Assembly (NCBI GenBank): GCA_965249275.1
Contig: CBDFLQ010000006.1
Location: 672,001 to 736,000, forward strand
Origin: Dehalococcoidia bacterium
GTDB lineage: Bacteria > Chloroflexota > Dehalococcoidia > Plut-88900
Direction of reading: 5' to 3'
Length of the DNA: 64,000 nucleotides
Below, piece after piece: positions 10,151 through 20,109 of the stretch. Made by a program: the position numbers and the translations under genes. The notes under the pieces are model-generated. The model made no database searches, was not told the origin of the DNA, and saw only the letters and a program-made list of their open reading frames with translations. Numbering within the stretch: position 1 is the stretch's first letter; each line of letters starts with the position of its first letter.

Positions 10151-11320
10151 CTACTGCCTAGGCAACCCCAGCCCCCGAGTTGCGATGATATTCATCTGTA
10201 TCTCGTTGGTGCCGCCGGCTATGGTGCTGGAACGGGAGAACAGGTAGTTCTTCTCGATAAAGCCCTTTAGAGGCGCGTGCTTCGAGCCTTCCGTTAGCTG
10301 CCCGTGCAACCCGAGCACCTGCATTGCGGTGTCGAAGGCACGCTGCTCGGTGGAGGAGCCGCACAGCTTGTCTATCGAGGCCTCTTTGTTCGGCACCTCT
10401 CCCTTGCTCTGGATGTGGACCACCTGGTAGGAGAGCATGTAGGCGATCTCCACCTCGATGGCCATCTCCGCCAGCTTGTTGCGTACCACCGGATGCTGGA
10501 TCAGGGGCTTGCCCCCCACCATGGTTTCCGAGGCGAACTTCACCGTTTCGTCAAGGCAGCGCCGCGCCGACGCCGAGTGTGAAAGTGAGGACCGCTCAAA
10601 ATCCAGCAACGTCATGCCCGCATACCAGCCCCGGTTGATCTCCCCTACCACGTTCTCCTTCGGAATACGCACGTTGTCGAAGAAAGTCTCGTTGAAGGGG
10701 TGCCCGCCCGACATATCGATGATGGGTCGGACTGATACCCCAGGCGTCTTCATGTCGGCGAGAAACATGGTGATTCCCCGGTGCTTGGGAGCCTCGGGGT
10801 CGGTACGAGCCAGCAGCAGTACCCAGTCCGAGTAGTGAGCCTGGCTGGTCCATATCTTCTGACCGTTTATCACCCACTCGTCGCCTTCGAGCACCGCCCG
10901 TGTCCCGAGCGAAGCCAGATCGGACCCCGACTCGGGCTCCGAGTAGCCCTGGCACCAGACCACCTCGCCGCGTGCGATCCCGCTCAAGTGTTGCTTCTTC
11001 TGCTCCTCCGTGCCGTGGACCATGATGGCCGGGCCTATGTAGCCTATGCCCTCGCCGTCGCGGCCGGGAGCATAGGCGTAGGACCATTCATCTGTGAAGA
11101 TGGCCTGCTGCATGTGGGTCGCGCCCCCACCGCCGTACTCCTTCGGCCAGGAGAGTGCGAGCCAGCCCTGGTCGGCCAGCTTCTTGCGCATGGTCTTCTC
11201 CTCATCCCACCACTCCTCACTCCCCTCTACGGCGAATGTATCGTCGGCCCACTCCTTGGCGAGGAAGTCCTTAACCTCTTGCCTAAAGTCCTGCTCTTCT
11301 GCTGTGAATTGGTATTTCAT
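10151..11320 (-). CDS. Acyl-CoA dehydrogenase (FadE-like)
   Basis: WCQGYSEPESGSDLASL, INGQKIWTS, TIAGGTNEIQ motifs. Confidence 0.92.
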   Translation of the reverse strand: MKYQFTAEEQDFRQEVKDFLAKEWADDTFAVEGSEEWWDEEKTMRKKLADQGWLALSWPKEYGGGGATHMQQAIFTDEWSYAYAPGRDGEGIGYIGPAIMVHGTEEQKKQHLSGIARGEVVWCQGYSEPESGSDLASLGTRAVLEGDEWVINGQKIWTSQAHYSDWVLLLARTDPEAPKHRGITMFLADMKTPGVSVRPIIDMSGGHPFNETFFDNVRIPKENVVGEINRGWYAGMTLLDFERSSLSHSASARRCLDETVKFASETMVGGKPLIQHPVVRNKLAEMAIEVEIAYMLSYQVVHIQSKGEVPNKEASIDKLCGSSTEQRAFDTAMQVLGLHGQLTEGSKHAPLKGFIEKNYLFSRSSTIAGGTNEIQMNIIATRGLGLPRQ

Positions 11321-11425
11321 GGTTCCCCCCTTGGACCGGCTGCCCTTTAACCCGTAACGCCTCCCATAGTATCATCGAATCCTCATTCATTCGACCAGCC
11401 AAGGAGCCTCGCCCTAATAGTCATT

Positions 11426-12721
11426 ATGAGACTTGAACTAGCCAACTACCCCGTGAAACAAATCATCCTGGGAGACGAGACCCGGTACCTGGACGGCGAT
11501 CTCCACGTCAATCCCGACGAAGTCCGTGACATGATGTTCGACGAAGAATTCTTCGAAGACATTTCAGTCCACGTTGCCCACCCCGGAGACTCGACTCGCA
11601 TCATTCACGTCGTGGATGTGATTGAGCCCAGGCATAAGCAGTCGGGTACTGGGTGTGTATTCCCTGGTGTGCTTGGCCCACCCGCGCAGGTCGGCAACGG
11701 ACGAACGGCACGGCTGAGCGGAATGGCCGTCGTATCAACTTCGACCCCTGCTGCGGGTGAGGGCTATTACTGGAGAGAAGCGATAATGGACATGTCGGGG
11801 CCGGGGACCCGGTATTCCCCCTTCTCCGAAAATGCCAATCTGGTCCTGGAGTTATCCCCCAAGGACCCGGGCCCCGAGATTCCTGCGGAAGACGTAGAAA
11901 TGATCAACACCATCCGAGGGTCGATATACAGCCAGAGGTTGAATCTGGCGCTCAGGAAAGCCCAGATGGGGCTGGCATCCTATCTCGCTGAAACGGTCTC
12001 GGGCTCCGCTCCGGCTTCCGTAGATACCTACGAGCTAACGGAGGTTGACCCGGGCCTGCCCAAAGTGGCCTACGCCTGTCAGGTAATGGGAGAAACACTC
12101 TACGGAGTCACGATAGGTTGGCAGCCGACCTTGCTCCACCCGAACGAGCTTATGGACGGCGCCATCTACCGTCCCTTCAATACCCCCGGCGCAGTAAGGA
12201 CGACCATTTACCATCATCAGAACAATTCATTGATGAATGACTTGTACCAACGGCACGGCAAGGACCTCAATTTTCTGGGCGTTCTCCTGGTGCCCGCGGG
12301 GCCAGAAAAGCTGAGCGAAAAGGAGCTGGGCACGGGTTACGCCACCAAACTCCTCAAAATGTTGGACGCGGACGGTGTGGTCATCTCATGGATGGGTGGG
12401 GGGCACCTGGCAGTCGACCCCATGCTACTCATAAGAAACTGTGAACAGGCCGGGATTAGTGCATCACTCCTGAGTCCCGAGATGGCCCGCACTCCCGACG
12501 ACTCGGGCTTCGTTTACTTCGCACAAGAGGCCGAGGCCATTGTCAGCACCGGCAACTACGAAGAACAGGTCACTCTCCCGGCCGTGGATCGTGTCATTGG
12601 CGGAGAATCGATCTTTGTGTCTGACGATGATCCAAAGGAAGAATTGACCATCCACATCACCCAGATCCTCGGGGCTACCCAAACATTTGGTCTGGGTAGA
12701 CTGTCCGGGACTGCCTATTGA
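11426..12721 (+). CDS. Glycine/sarcosine/betaine reductase component B alpha/beta proprotein (GrdE-like), copy 1
   Basis: MRLELANYPVKQI.., PGDSTRIIHVVDVIEPR, GRT.RL.G.AV, MDMSGPG..YSPFS, PTLLHPNELMDGA, LNFLGV, AEAIVSTGN. Confidence 0.85.
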   Translation: MRLELANYPVKQIILGDETRYLDGDLHVNPDEVRDMMFDEEFFEDISVHVAHPGDSTRIIHVVDVIEPRHKQSGTGCVFPGVLGPPAQVGNGRTARLSGMAVVSTSTPAAGEGYYWREAIMDMSGPGTRYSPFSENANLVLELSPKDPGPEIPAEDVEMINTIRGSIYSQRLNLALRKAQMGLASYLAETVSGSAPASVDTYELTEVDPGLPKVAYACQVMGETLYGVTIGWQPTLLHPNELMDGAIYRPFNTPGAVRTTIYHHQNNSLMNDLYQRHGKDLNFLGVLLVPAGPEKLSEKELGTGYATKLLKMLDADGVVISWMGGGHLAVDPMLLIRNCEQAGISASLLSPEMARTPDDSGFVYFAQEAEAIVSTGNYEEQVTLPAVDRVIGGESIFVSDDDPKEELTIHITQILGATQTFGLGRLSGTAY

Positions 12722-12889
12722 GGGGCATGGGTAAGCTTCAACCGGGGGATCGGGTTTGATTCAGGTATTCCCAGGGCCTACGTCAGAGATATCGGCGCCA
12801 GCGCTCTCGGGCATGGGGTCGGGTGGAGTAGGTAAAGTGGGATTCCTCGGCACTACGACAAGCCTGGGCACGCTCCCCGAATTCCCATT

Positions 12890-14185
12890 ATGAAACTGGA
12901 GATTGCTAACTTCCCAGTAGAGCGCATCATCCTAGGAGACGAGACCCGGTACACCGACGGCGACCTACGGGTCAGCCCAGAGGCCGTTCGCTCCCGGATG
13001 TTCGACGGAGAGTTCTTCGACGACATTTCAGTCCACGTATCCCATCCCGGAGACTCGACCCGCCTCATCCATATCGTGGATGTAGTGGAGCCTCGATACA
13101 AGCAGTCGGGACCCGGGTGCGTTTTCCCAGGCGTCCTTGGGCCTCCGGTGCAGGTTGGAACCGGAAGAACGGCCCGGCTCAACGGCATGGCCGTAGTATC
13201 TACGTCCGGACCCGCCGCCGGAGAGAGCCAATACTGGCGCGAGGCCATCCTCGACATGTCGGGGCCGGGGGCCCGGTATTCCCACTTCTCACAAACGGCC
13301 AACCTCGTCGTGGAGATGTCTCCCAAGGACCCGGGGCCCGAGACCCCGCCGGAAGACATCGAGACCCTGAACACGCTGCGGGGATCCGTTCACAGCCAGA
13401 GGATGAACGTGGCGCTGAGGAAAGCGCAAATAGCTCTCGCCTCGTATCTCGCCGAGACGGTCTCGGGCTTCTCGCCTGTCTCTGTAGATACATATGAGCT
13501 TACGGAAGTTGACTTCTCACTCCCGAAGGTAGTCTACGGTTGTCAGGTGGTGAGGGACCTGATCTACGGTATCCCCCCAGGATGGCAGCCGACCCTGCTT
13601 CACCCGAACGAGCTGATGGATGGCGCCGTCTTCCGTCTCTCCAATTACCTCGCCTCAGCTAGGACTACCATCTACGATCAGCAGAACCATCCCCTGGTAG
13701 AGGACCTGTATCAACGTCATGGCATTGACCTGAATTTCCTGGGTGTGCTCCTGATTCCGGCGGGAGACGAAAAGCTGAGCGAGAAAGAGCTTTCCGCGGG
13801 GTACGCAGCCAAGCTTCTCAGGATGTTAGGGGCGAACGGGATCGTCCTTTCTTGGATGGGTGGAGGTCACCTGGCTATCGATCCCATGCTCTTGATTAGG
13901 AACTGCGCAAGGGCCGGTATAGGCACTTCGCTGCTGAGCCCCGAGATGGCCCGCACTCCCGACGACACCGGTTTCGTCTATTTCGCCCCCGAGGCGGAGG
14001 CAATCGTGAGTACGGGCAACTTCGAAGAGCAAGTCGTTTTGCCGCGTGTCGACCGAGTCATAGGCGGGAAAGCGCTTCTCATGTCCGGTGACGACTCACA
14101 GGGGGAGCTAACCGTTCGCATCGGGCAGATTCTCGGGGCCACCCATACCCTCGGGAAGGGCAAATTGTCCGGGATTGCATATTAA
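12890..14185 (+). CDS. GrdE-like proprotein, copy 2 (tandem paralog)
   Basis: Same length (431 aa) and colinear with copy 1. Confidence 0.85.
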   Translation: MKLEIANFPVERIILGDETRYTDGDLRVSPEAVRSRMFDGEFFDDISVHVSHPGDSTRLIHIVDVVEPRYKQSGPGCVFPGVLGPPVQVGTGRTARLNGMAVVSTSGPAAGESQYWREAILDMSGPGARYSHFSQTANLVVEMSPKDPGPETPPEDIETLNTLRGSVHSQRMNVALRKAQIALASYLAETVSGFSPVSVDTYELTEVDFSLPKVVYGCQVVRDLIYGIPPGWQPTLLHPNELMDGAVFRLSNYLASARTTIYDQQNHPLVEDLYQRHGIDLNFLGVLLIPAGDEKLSEKELSAGYAAKLLRMLGANGIVLSWMGGGHLAIDPMLLIRNCARAGIGTSLLSPEMARTPDDTGFVYFAPEAEAIVSTGNFEEQVVLPRVDRVIGGKALLMSGDDSQGELTVRIGQILGATHTLGKGKLSGIAY

Positions 14186-14279
14186 GCAGTATGGAGTAAT
14201 ATCGACATGTGAATCGGGTAGAATAGGGCCTCCAGCCTATTCACCGGATATTTCGGAATAGCCATATACGGGGGAGACC

Positions 14280-16571
14280 ATGACCACCACAGACTACGAG
14301 CCCAATGTCGTACTTGCCACGGTAGAGTTTGACACCATCGGGACCCGGCCCATCAGGCACGACGGCGTGGACAAGGTCACGGGTCGCGCCCAATACGGCG
14401 CCGACTTCCAGGCCAGCGATCTGCTCCACGGCAAGATCCTTCGAAGCCCCCACGCCCACGCTCGCATCATCTCCATCGACACATCCAAGGCGGAGGCCTA
14501 CTCGGGCGTCAAGGCCGTGGTCACCGCCGCCGACTTCCCCGCTGGCGAACAAGTGGGACAGATGCAGATGGGCGAGATCAGCATGAGCCTCCGCTTCATG
14601 CGGGACAACGTCCTAGCCAGCAAGAAGGTGTTGTACCCTGGACACCCCATAGTCGGGGTAGCGGCGGTGAACGCCCACGTGGCCGAGGAAGCCGTTAATC
14701 TCATCGACGTCGAATATGAGGTCCTCGAACCCGTGCCCACAGTCCTGGACGCTATCAGGGAAGGCGCACCTCTCCTGCACGATGACCTGATGACCGAAGA
14801 ATTCGGTCAGAAGACGGACAAGGTGAGCAACGTAGCCAGCCACTTCCAGCACACGATGGGAGACGTGGAAAAGGCATTAGCCGAAGCGGACTACGTGGTC
14901 GAGCGTGAGTTCGACACCAAGACCGTTCACCAGGGCTACATCGAGCTCCACAACGCCACCGCGTTCTGGAACCGGGATGGTCGGGTCACGATCTGGTGCA
15001 GCACCCAGGGCCCATTCGAGGTTCGGGACGCAACTGCCGGCATCCTGGGGCTGGACGTATCGCAGGTCAACCTGGTGCCCATGGAGATAGGCGGCGGGTT
15101 CGGGGGCAAGTTTGAGCCCTACGGCGACCCCGTAGCCGCCCTCCTTTCCAAGAAAACAGGCCACCCCGTCAAGATAGTCATGACTCGCCTGGAAGAGATC
15201 GAGAGTACGGGCCCGACCCCCGGCTCCTACATCAAGGTCAAGATGGGCGCCACCAAAGAGGGTAAACTCGTCGCGGCGCAGGCCTACATGGCATACGAAG
15301 CGGGGGCCTACCCCGGCTCTCCCATAGGCGCCGGTGCCCTGTGCATCTTCGGCCCCTACGACATCCCCAACGTCCTGATCGACGGGCTGGATGTCGTGGT
15401 TAATAAACCGAAGACCGCTGCCTACCGGGCCCCGGGCGCTACCAACGCCTCCTTCGCCTCGGAGACTATAGTCGACGAACTGGCGGCCATGGTGGGCATG
15501 GACCCCATCGACTTCCGCATGAACAACGCCTCCAAAGAAGGGACCAGAAGGGCCGACAGCGTACCCCACCCCAAGGTCGGCTGCATCGAGGTGCTCCAGG
15601 CTATGAAGGACCACCCCCACTGGAACGCCCCTCTGGAGGGCGAGAACCGGGGACGGGGTGTGGGGCTCGGGTTCTGGATGAACTTCGGCGGTCCGGCCAG
15701 CTGCACGATCAAGGTCAACGCCGACGGCACCGTGGCCCTCCGGGAAGGCTCCCCCGACATCGGAGGCACAAGGACGACGATCGCCATGCAGGCCGCCGAG
15801 GCGCTGGGCATATCGGCGGAGAGCGTGGTGCCGGGTGTCGTGGACACCGACTCGGTGGGCTACACCAACGGCACGGGCGGCAGCAGCGTCACCTTCAAGC
15901 AGGGGTTGGCCGCTCACGAGGCGGCCCAGCACGTCAAGCAGCAGATGATTGCCCGTGCCGCGACCATCTGGGCCATTGAGCCCGATTCTATCAAGTTCGA
16001 AAAGGGTGTCTTATTTTCCGAATCTGACCCCGAGCTGAGGATGACCTTCGCTGAGCTCGCCTCCAAGATTGAGGAGACGGGCGAGCCGATTGTCGGAGTC
16101 GGCAATGTCCAGGCCACCAAGGCCGGAGCCTCATTCGCCGGCTCCATCGCCGACGTGGAGGTCGACCCGGAGACCGGCAAAGTTAAAATCTTGCGCTTCA
16201 CCATGATCCAGGACGTGGGCAAGGCCGTACACCCCAGCTACGTCGAGGGACAGCTGCAAGGCGGCGGCGCTCAGGGCATCGGGTGGGCGATGAACGAGGA
16301 GTACTTCCTCAACGATAAGGGCCAGGTCCTCAACTCCAGCCTGCTGGACTACCGCCTCCCCACAAGCCTCGACCTCCCGATGATCGACACCGTAATCGTC
16401 GAGGTCCCGAACCCCGGCCACCCATTCGGTGTGCGGGGCGTCGGCGAGGCGAACATCATCCCGCCTGCCGGGGCCTTGGGCAACGCCATCGCCAACGCAA
16501 TCGGCGTCAGGATGGCGAACCTGCCGATGAATCCGCCAGCGATACGGGAAGCCATCGGGCGCAAGGGCTAG
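14280..16571 (+). CDS. Xanthine dehydrogenase family molybdopterin-binding large subunit
   Basis: DKVTGRAQY, RSPHAHARI, GGGFGGK, AYRAPG, EGQLQGG, GVRGVGE motifs. Confidence 0.9.
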   Translation: MTTTDYEPNVVLATVEFDTIGTRPIRHDGVDKVTGRAQYGADFQASDLLHGKILRSPHAHARIISIDTSKAEAYSGVKAVVTAADFPAGEQVGQMQMGEISMSLRFMRDNVLASKKVLYPGHPIVGVAAVNAHVAEEAVNLIDVEYEVLEPVPTVLDAIREGAPLLHDDLMTEEFGQKTDKVSNVASHFQHTMGDVEKALAEADYVVEREFDTKTVHQGYIELHNATAFWNRDGRVTIWCSTQGPFEVRDATAGILGLDVSQVNLVPMEIGGGFGGKFEPYGDPVAALLSKKTGHPVKIVMTRLEEIESTGPTPGSYIKVKMGATKEGKLVAAQAYMAYEAGAYPGSPIGAGALCIFGPYDIPNVLIDGLDVVVNKPKTAAYRAPGATNASFASETIVDELAAMVGMDPIDFRMNNASKEGTRRADSVPHPKVGCIEVLQAMKDHPHWNAPLEGENRGRGVGLGFWMNFGGPASCTIKVNADGTVALREGSPDIGGTRTTIAMQAAEALGISAESVVPGVVDTDSVGYTNGTGGSSVTFKQGLAAHEAAQHVKQQMIARAATIWAIEPDSIKFEKGVLFSESDPELRMTFAELASKIEETGEPIVGVGNVQATKAGASFAGSIADVEVDPETGKVKILRFTMIQDVGKAVHPSYVEGQLQGGGAQGIGWAMNEEYFLNDKGQVLNSSLLDYRLPTSLDLPMIDTVIVEVPNPGHPFGVRGVGEANIIPPAGALGNAIANAIGVRMANLPMNPPAIREAIGRKG

Positions 16572-16585
16572 GAACGGCAATCGTC

Positions 16586-17773
16586 ATGCGATTCGACAGC
16601 AACGTCTTCTACCACCCTCTGCAGGTCTACCCCGTGGACCGGATGCTGGACGAGTGGCGGCAGACTGTGAAGCTCTACGATCAGACCGGTTTCACCGGAG
16701 TTTGGATCGGGGAGCACCACTTCTGGCACTCGGGGTTCCACGTGGCTGCACCGAGCCCCGTGCAGGTATGCACCCACCTGGCCTCGATCACCGAGCGGCT
16801 GCGCGTCGCCCAGAGCGCCTGCATCCTCCCCGACTACCACCCCATCCGGCTGGCCGAGGAGCTGGCCATGCTCGACCAGATGACCAAGGGTCGGCTAGAC
16901 GTGGGCGTGGCACGGGGCACCAACAGCCCCGCCTGCATCCAGTTCAATATCGACGCCGACCGCCGCAACAAGGATCGCAACTACGCCCTGTTCAAGGAGA
17001 CCCTGGAAATCATGATCAAGGCGTGGACCGAAGACGCCCTGGTCCACGAAGGCGAGTTCTATACGTTCCCTGTGCCCGGCTGGACTGAGAAAGACCCTCG
17101 CATCTACACCGGCGACACTTCGCACTACGGCCCCAACGGGGAACTCATTGGGCTAGGGGTCGTGCCCAAGCCTTACCAGAAACCCCACCCCCCGATTTAC
17201 CAGGCAGCGGACTCCACCGAGTCCTATAGGTTCGCTGCTGAAAAGGGAATTTCGGTCACGGGATTCGGGCGCACTCTCGAGGGGTTGCGGGAGGCGTGGA
17301 CGGCCTACCGGGACACGGCGTCACGCGTGTCCGGTCGTGAGATACCGATGGGTGAGACAGCCAACGGCGACACCCTGAACATCATGAGGATGTTCTACAT
17401 GGCCGAGACCCAGGAACAGGCCGAACAGGAAGCCCGCGAGGGCATCAACGCCCACTACGAGATCACCTTCGGGCTGAGCCGGAACTGGGGGCGCACCGGG
17501 GCAATTGCCAAGGGCGAGGAGATCAGCGCCGAGCAGATGAACATGGACTGGTTCGACTTCGCCATGTCCAAAGATGTCATCCTCGTCGGCACACCCGAGA
17601 CCGTCGCCGAGAAAATTGAGAGGCTGCAAAACGAGCTTAACTGTAGGCACGTCACCCTCTGGCCCAACCCCTCCTTCCTCCCATTCGAAAAGGTGTACCA
17701 CAGCCTGGTGCTCTTCGCCGAGCGGGTAATCCCCTACTTTGAAAAGAAGCGGGCACCTGCCCCTGTGGGATAA
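16586..17773 (+). CDS. LLM-class flavin-dependent monooxygenase
   Basis: WIGEHHF, HPIRLAEELAMLD, GRLDVGVARG, PKPYQKPHPP motifs. Confidence 0.9.
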   Translation: MRFDSNVFYHPLQVYPVDRMLDEWRQTVKLYDQTGFTGVWIGEHHFWHSGFHVAAPSPVQVCTHLASITERLRVAQSACILPDYHPIRLAEELAMLDQMTKGRLDVGVARGTNSPACIQFNIDADRRNKDRNYALFKETLEIMIKAWTEDALVHEGEFYTFPVPGWTEKDPRIYTGDTSHYGPNGELIGLGVVPKPYQKPHPPIYQAADSTESYRFAAEKGISVTGFGRTLEGLREAWTAYRDTASRVSGREIPMGETANGDTLNIMRMFYMAETQEQAEQEAREGINAHYEITFGLSRNWGRTGAIAKGEEISAEQMNMDWFDFAMSKDVILVGTPETVAEKIERLQNELNCRHVTLWPNPSFLPFEKVYHSLVLFAERVIPYFEKKRAPAPVG

Positions 17774-17845
17774 ACCTGCAAATCAACACCGCCAAATATT
17801 TGTTAGAGACAACTTAGAAAATCTGGAAAAGGGAGACCAAAGTTC

Positions 17846-18844
17846 ATGGCTGACGATCGAGTCCTGATAGTAGACGGAGCACAGCACCACAAGTGGACCC
17901 AAGAGACCTTTGAGGACATCCGCCAAGGCGACATCAGCGCGGTCAACATCACGCTTGCCATCTGGGAAAACGCCCGCGAGACCCTCGCCGAGATCGGGCA
18001 ATGGTACCGCCGCTTCGACCAGTTCTCGGACCTCATAATGCCCGTCTACACCTCGGACGACATTAGGGCTGCCTATAAGGCCAAGAAAACCGGAATACTC
18101 TTCGGCTTTCAGAACACCTCTCCCCTCGAAGACAACATCGAGTTTGTAGCAGTCTTCGCCAAGCTCGGCGTCCGGGTTATGCAGCTCACCTATAACACTC
18201 AGAACCTGATCGGCTGCGGTTGCTACGAGCCCAACGACAGCGGTCTCACCTACTTCGGAGCGGACGTGATCGCCGAGATGAACCGGCACGGCGTCGTCAT
18301 TGACCTCTCCCACACCGGCGAACGGACTTCAATGGACGCCATCGAGGCCTCTACGCAGCCGGTGGCCATCACCCACGCCAACCCGACCTGGTGGAAGGAC
18401 GTCCAGCGCAACAAGTCGGATGACATGATGAGGGCCCTTGCTGAGAACGGCGGCGTGATGGGCCTGGGCACCTACCCAAACCTCTTCGCCCCCGATGGAA
18501 CCCTGGAGCAGTTCTGCGACATGGTCGCCCGCACCGTCGACTTCATGGGCATCGACCATGTGGGTCTCGGCAGCGACCACAACACAGGCTTCCTCCCCGA
18601 CGAAAAGCGCTACTGGGCCCGTGGCCGCTGGTCGCGGGAAGTGCCAAAGTTCATGAGCGCCAAGGGCTTCCACAGCCCCAAGTGGCCCCAGGTCGACTGG
18701 CCCGAATGGTGTGAGAAACCCTCGGGCATCGGGCTCATCCCCAATGGCCTCCGGGAGCACGGCTTCAACAATGAAGAGGTCTCCAAGATCATGGGCGGCA
18801 ACTACCTGCGGGTGTTCGACCAGGTATCCGCAGCCGCGAGCTAG
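17846..18844 (+). CDS. Membrane dipeptidase family (M19) amidohydrolase
   Basis: FGFQN, QLTYN, GCYE..DSGLT, IDLSH, THAN, HVGLGSD, MGGNYLRV motifs. Confidence 0.88.
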   Translation: MADDRVLIVDGAQHHKWTQETFEDIRQGDISAVNITLAIWENARETLAEIGQWYRRFDQFSDLIMPVYTSDDIRAAYKAKKTGILFGFQNTSPLEDNIEFVAVFAKLGVRVMQLTYNTQNLIGCGCYEPNDSGLTYFGADVIAEMNRHGVVIDLSHTGERTSMDAIEASTQPVAITHANPTWWKDVQRNKSDDMMRALAENGGVMGLGTYPNLFAPDGTLEQFCDMVARTVDFMGIDHVGLGSDHNTGFLPDEKRYWARGRWSREVPKFMSAKGFHSPKWPQVDWPEWCEKPSGIGLIPNGLREHGFNNEEVSKIMGGNYLRVFDQVSAAAS

Positions 18845-18991
18845 CGGTTTTCGGGTGACGGTAGGTCAGGTAGGGAACGTGCCTGTCCACCGCGACCGGC
18901 GGGACTTCGTCATCCAGCCCGGTGACTCCGGCAAGCCGGAGGACTATCCGGTGAACCCAGCTTATCGAAATTGACCTATCCAGGGGATGCT

Positions 18992-20041
18992 ATGGCTGAC
19001 AGTATTAGCTTGATGGCCCATTTAGTTCCACGACTAACTATACAAGTCGAGAATGCCGCTACCGACGCATTGGCCTATATCCTGAACAACTCCACCCAGT
19101 GTATGCAGGCGTTGAACGACCTGCTCCAAGAAGATGGCTTTGACATTAAGCCGGTTGCCAGGGTGGAAACCCAGGTAACCTACGAGGGTGGTTATCGGCC
19201 TGACATGGCAGGCTACGACAAGACCAATGTAGCACGCCTCCTTGTCGAGGCGAAGTTCTGGACCGCACTCGATGAAGGCCAAGCCAGCGGTTACGCCCAA
19301 CTGTTCGAACAACCCGGCCTGGCGGCACTCCTGTTCATCGGGCCCGAAATCAGAATTCCGACGCTGTGGGCTGAGATAGAGCGGCAGATGGCAAAGGAGA
19401 GCAGACTGGAACCCGTCGAATCACCTCCGGGAGTCCGGAGGGCCAGGGTGACTTGGACGGAACCGAGTGACACGGAACTACATTTAGTGCTGGTAAGCTG
19501 GGTCCGATTGCTTGACAGGATGGACGCTCTCGCTAACGGTGATGATGTCAAATCGGATATACGACAACTTCGAGGCCTCGCCCATGAGCAGGGCGATCAA
19601 CTCTTCCTGCCGATTCGTTCCGAAGAGCTGAGCCCCAGCCTTGCGCGCCGTGTAGTTTGGTACAGGCGGCTTGTCGACGATACCGTCGATGCCCGAGGTG
19701 TCTCAGAAGGCTGGATGGATATCAAAGGCCTACGTGCAACGGCGCAGTGGTTCGGGTACGGGCGGTGGATCCGCTTCTCCGGTGTGGAAAGTAATTTCTG
19801 GTTCGGAGTCAACCATGAACGGTGGGCTGGGAACGGGGACACTCCTCTATGGCTCTCCGTTTCTGACAGGAATCATGTGAGCATGGATGAGATCGGCAGG
19901 GAACTAGGGGTGCGAATTCACAACGAGTGGGTCCCAATCCATCTCAAAACGGGCGTAGAGTACGACAAGGTCCTGGATGATGTGGTATCGCAGCTGAAGA
20001 TGATAGCTAAGATTGCAGGGGTTCATCAAACCAGTGAGTAA
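18992..20041 (+). CDS. Putative PD-(D/E)XK nuclease-fold protein
   Basis: ENAATDALAYIL..ETQV..RPDMAG..LLVEAKFW (PD..ExK); codon usage looks AT-richer than neighbours. Confidence 0.65.
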   Translation: MADSISLMAHLVPRLTIQVENAATDALAYILNNSTQCMQALNDLLQEDGFDIKPVARVETQVTYEGGYRPDMAGYDKTNVARLLVEAKFWTALDEGQASGYAQLFEQPGLAALLFIGPEIRIPTLWAEIERQMAKESRLEPVESPPGVRRARVTWTEPSDTELHLVLVSWVRLLDRMDALANGDDVKSDIRQLRGLAHEQGDQLFLPIRSEELSPSLARRVVWYRRLVDDTVDARGVSEGWMDIKGLRATAQWFGYGRWIRFSGVESNFWFGVNHERWAGNGDTPLWLSVSDRNHVSMDEIGRELGVRIHNEWVPIHLKTGVEYDKVLDDVVSQLKMIAKIAGVHQTSE

Positions 20042-20109
20042 CCGCCTACCGGATCGGGCCCCGGAGATTAGGCCCGTATGACATCTCTCCGTGAAGGAAT
20101 CCCCATACC

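Noticed and set aside
14280-16571. Aerobic CO dehydrogenase CoxL
   Set aside because: The active-site loop is AYRAPG, not AYxCSFR (form I) or AYxGAGR (form II); no coxS or coxM
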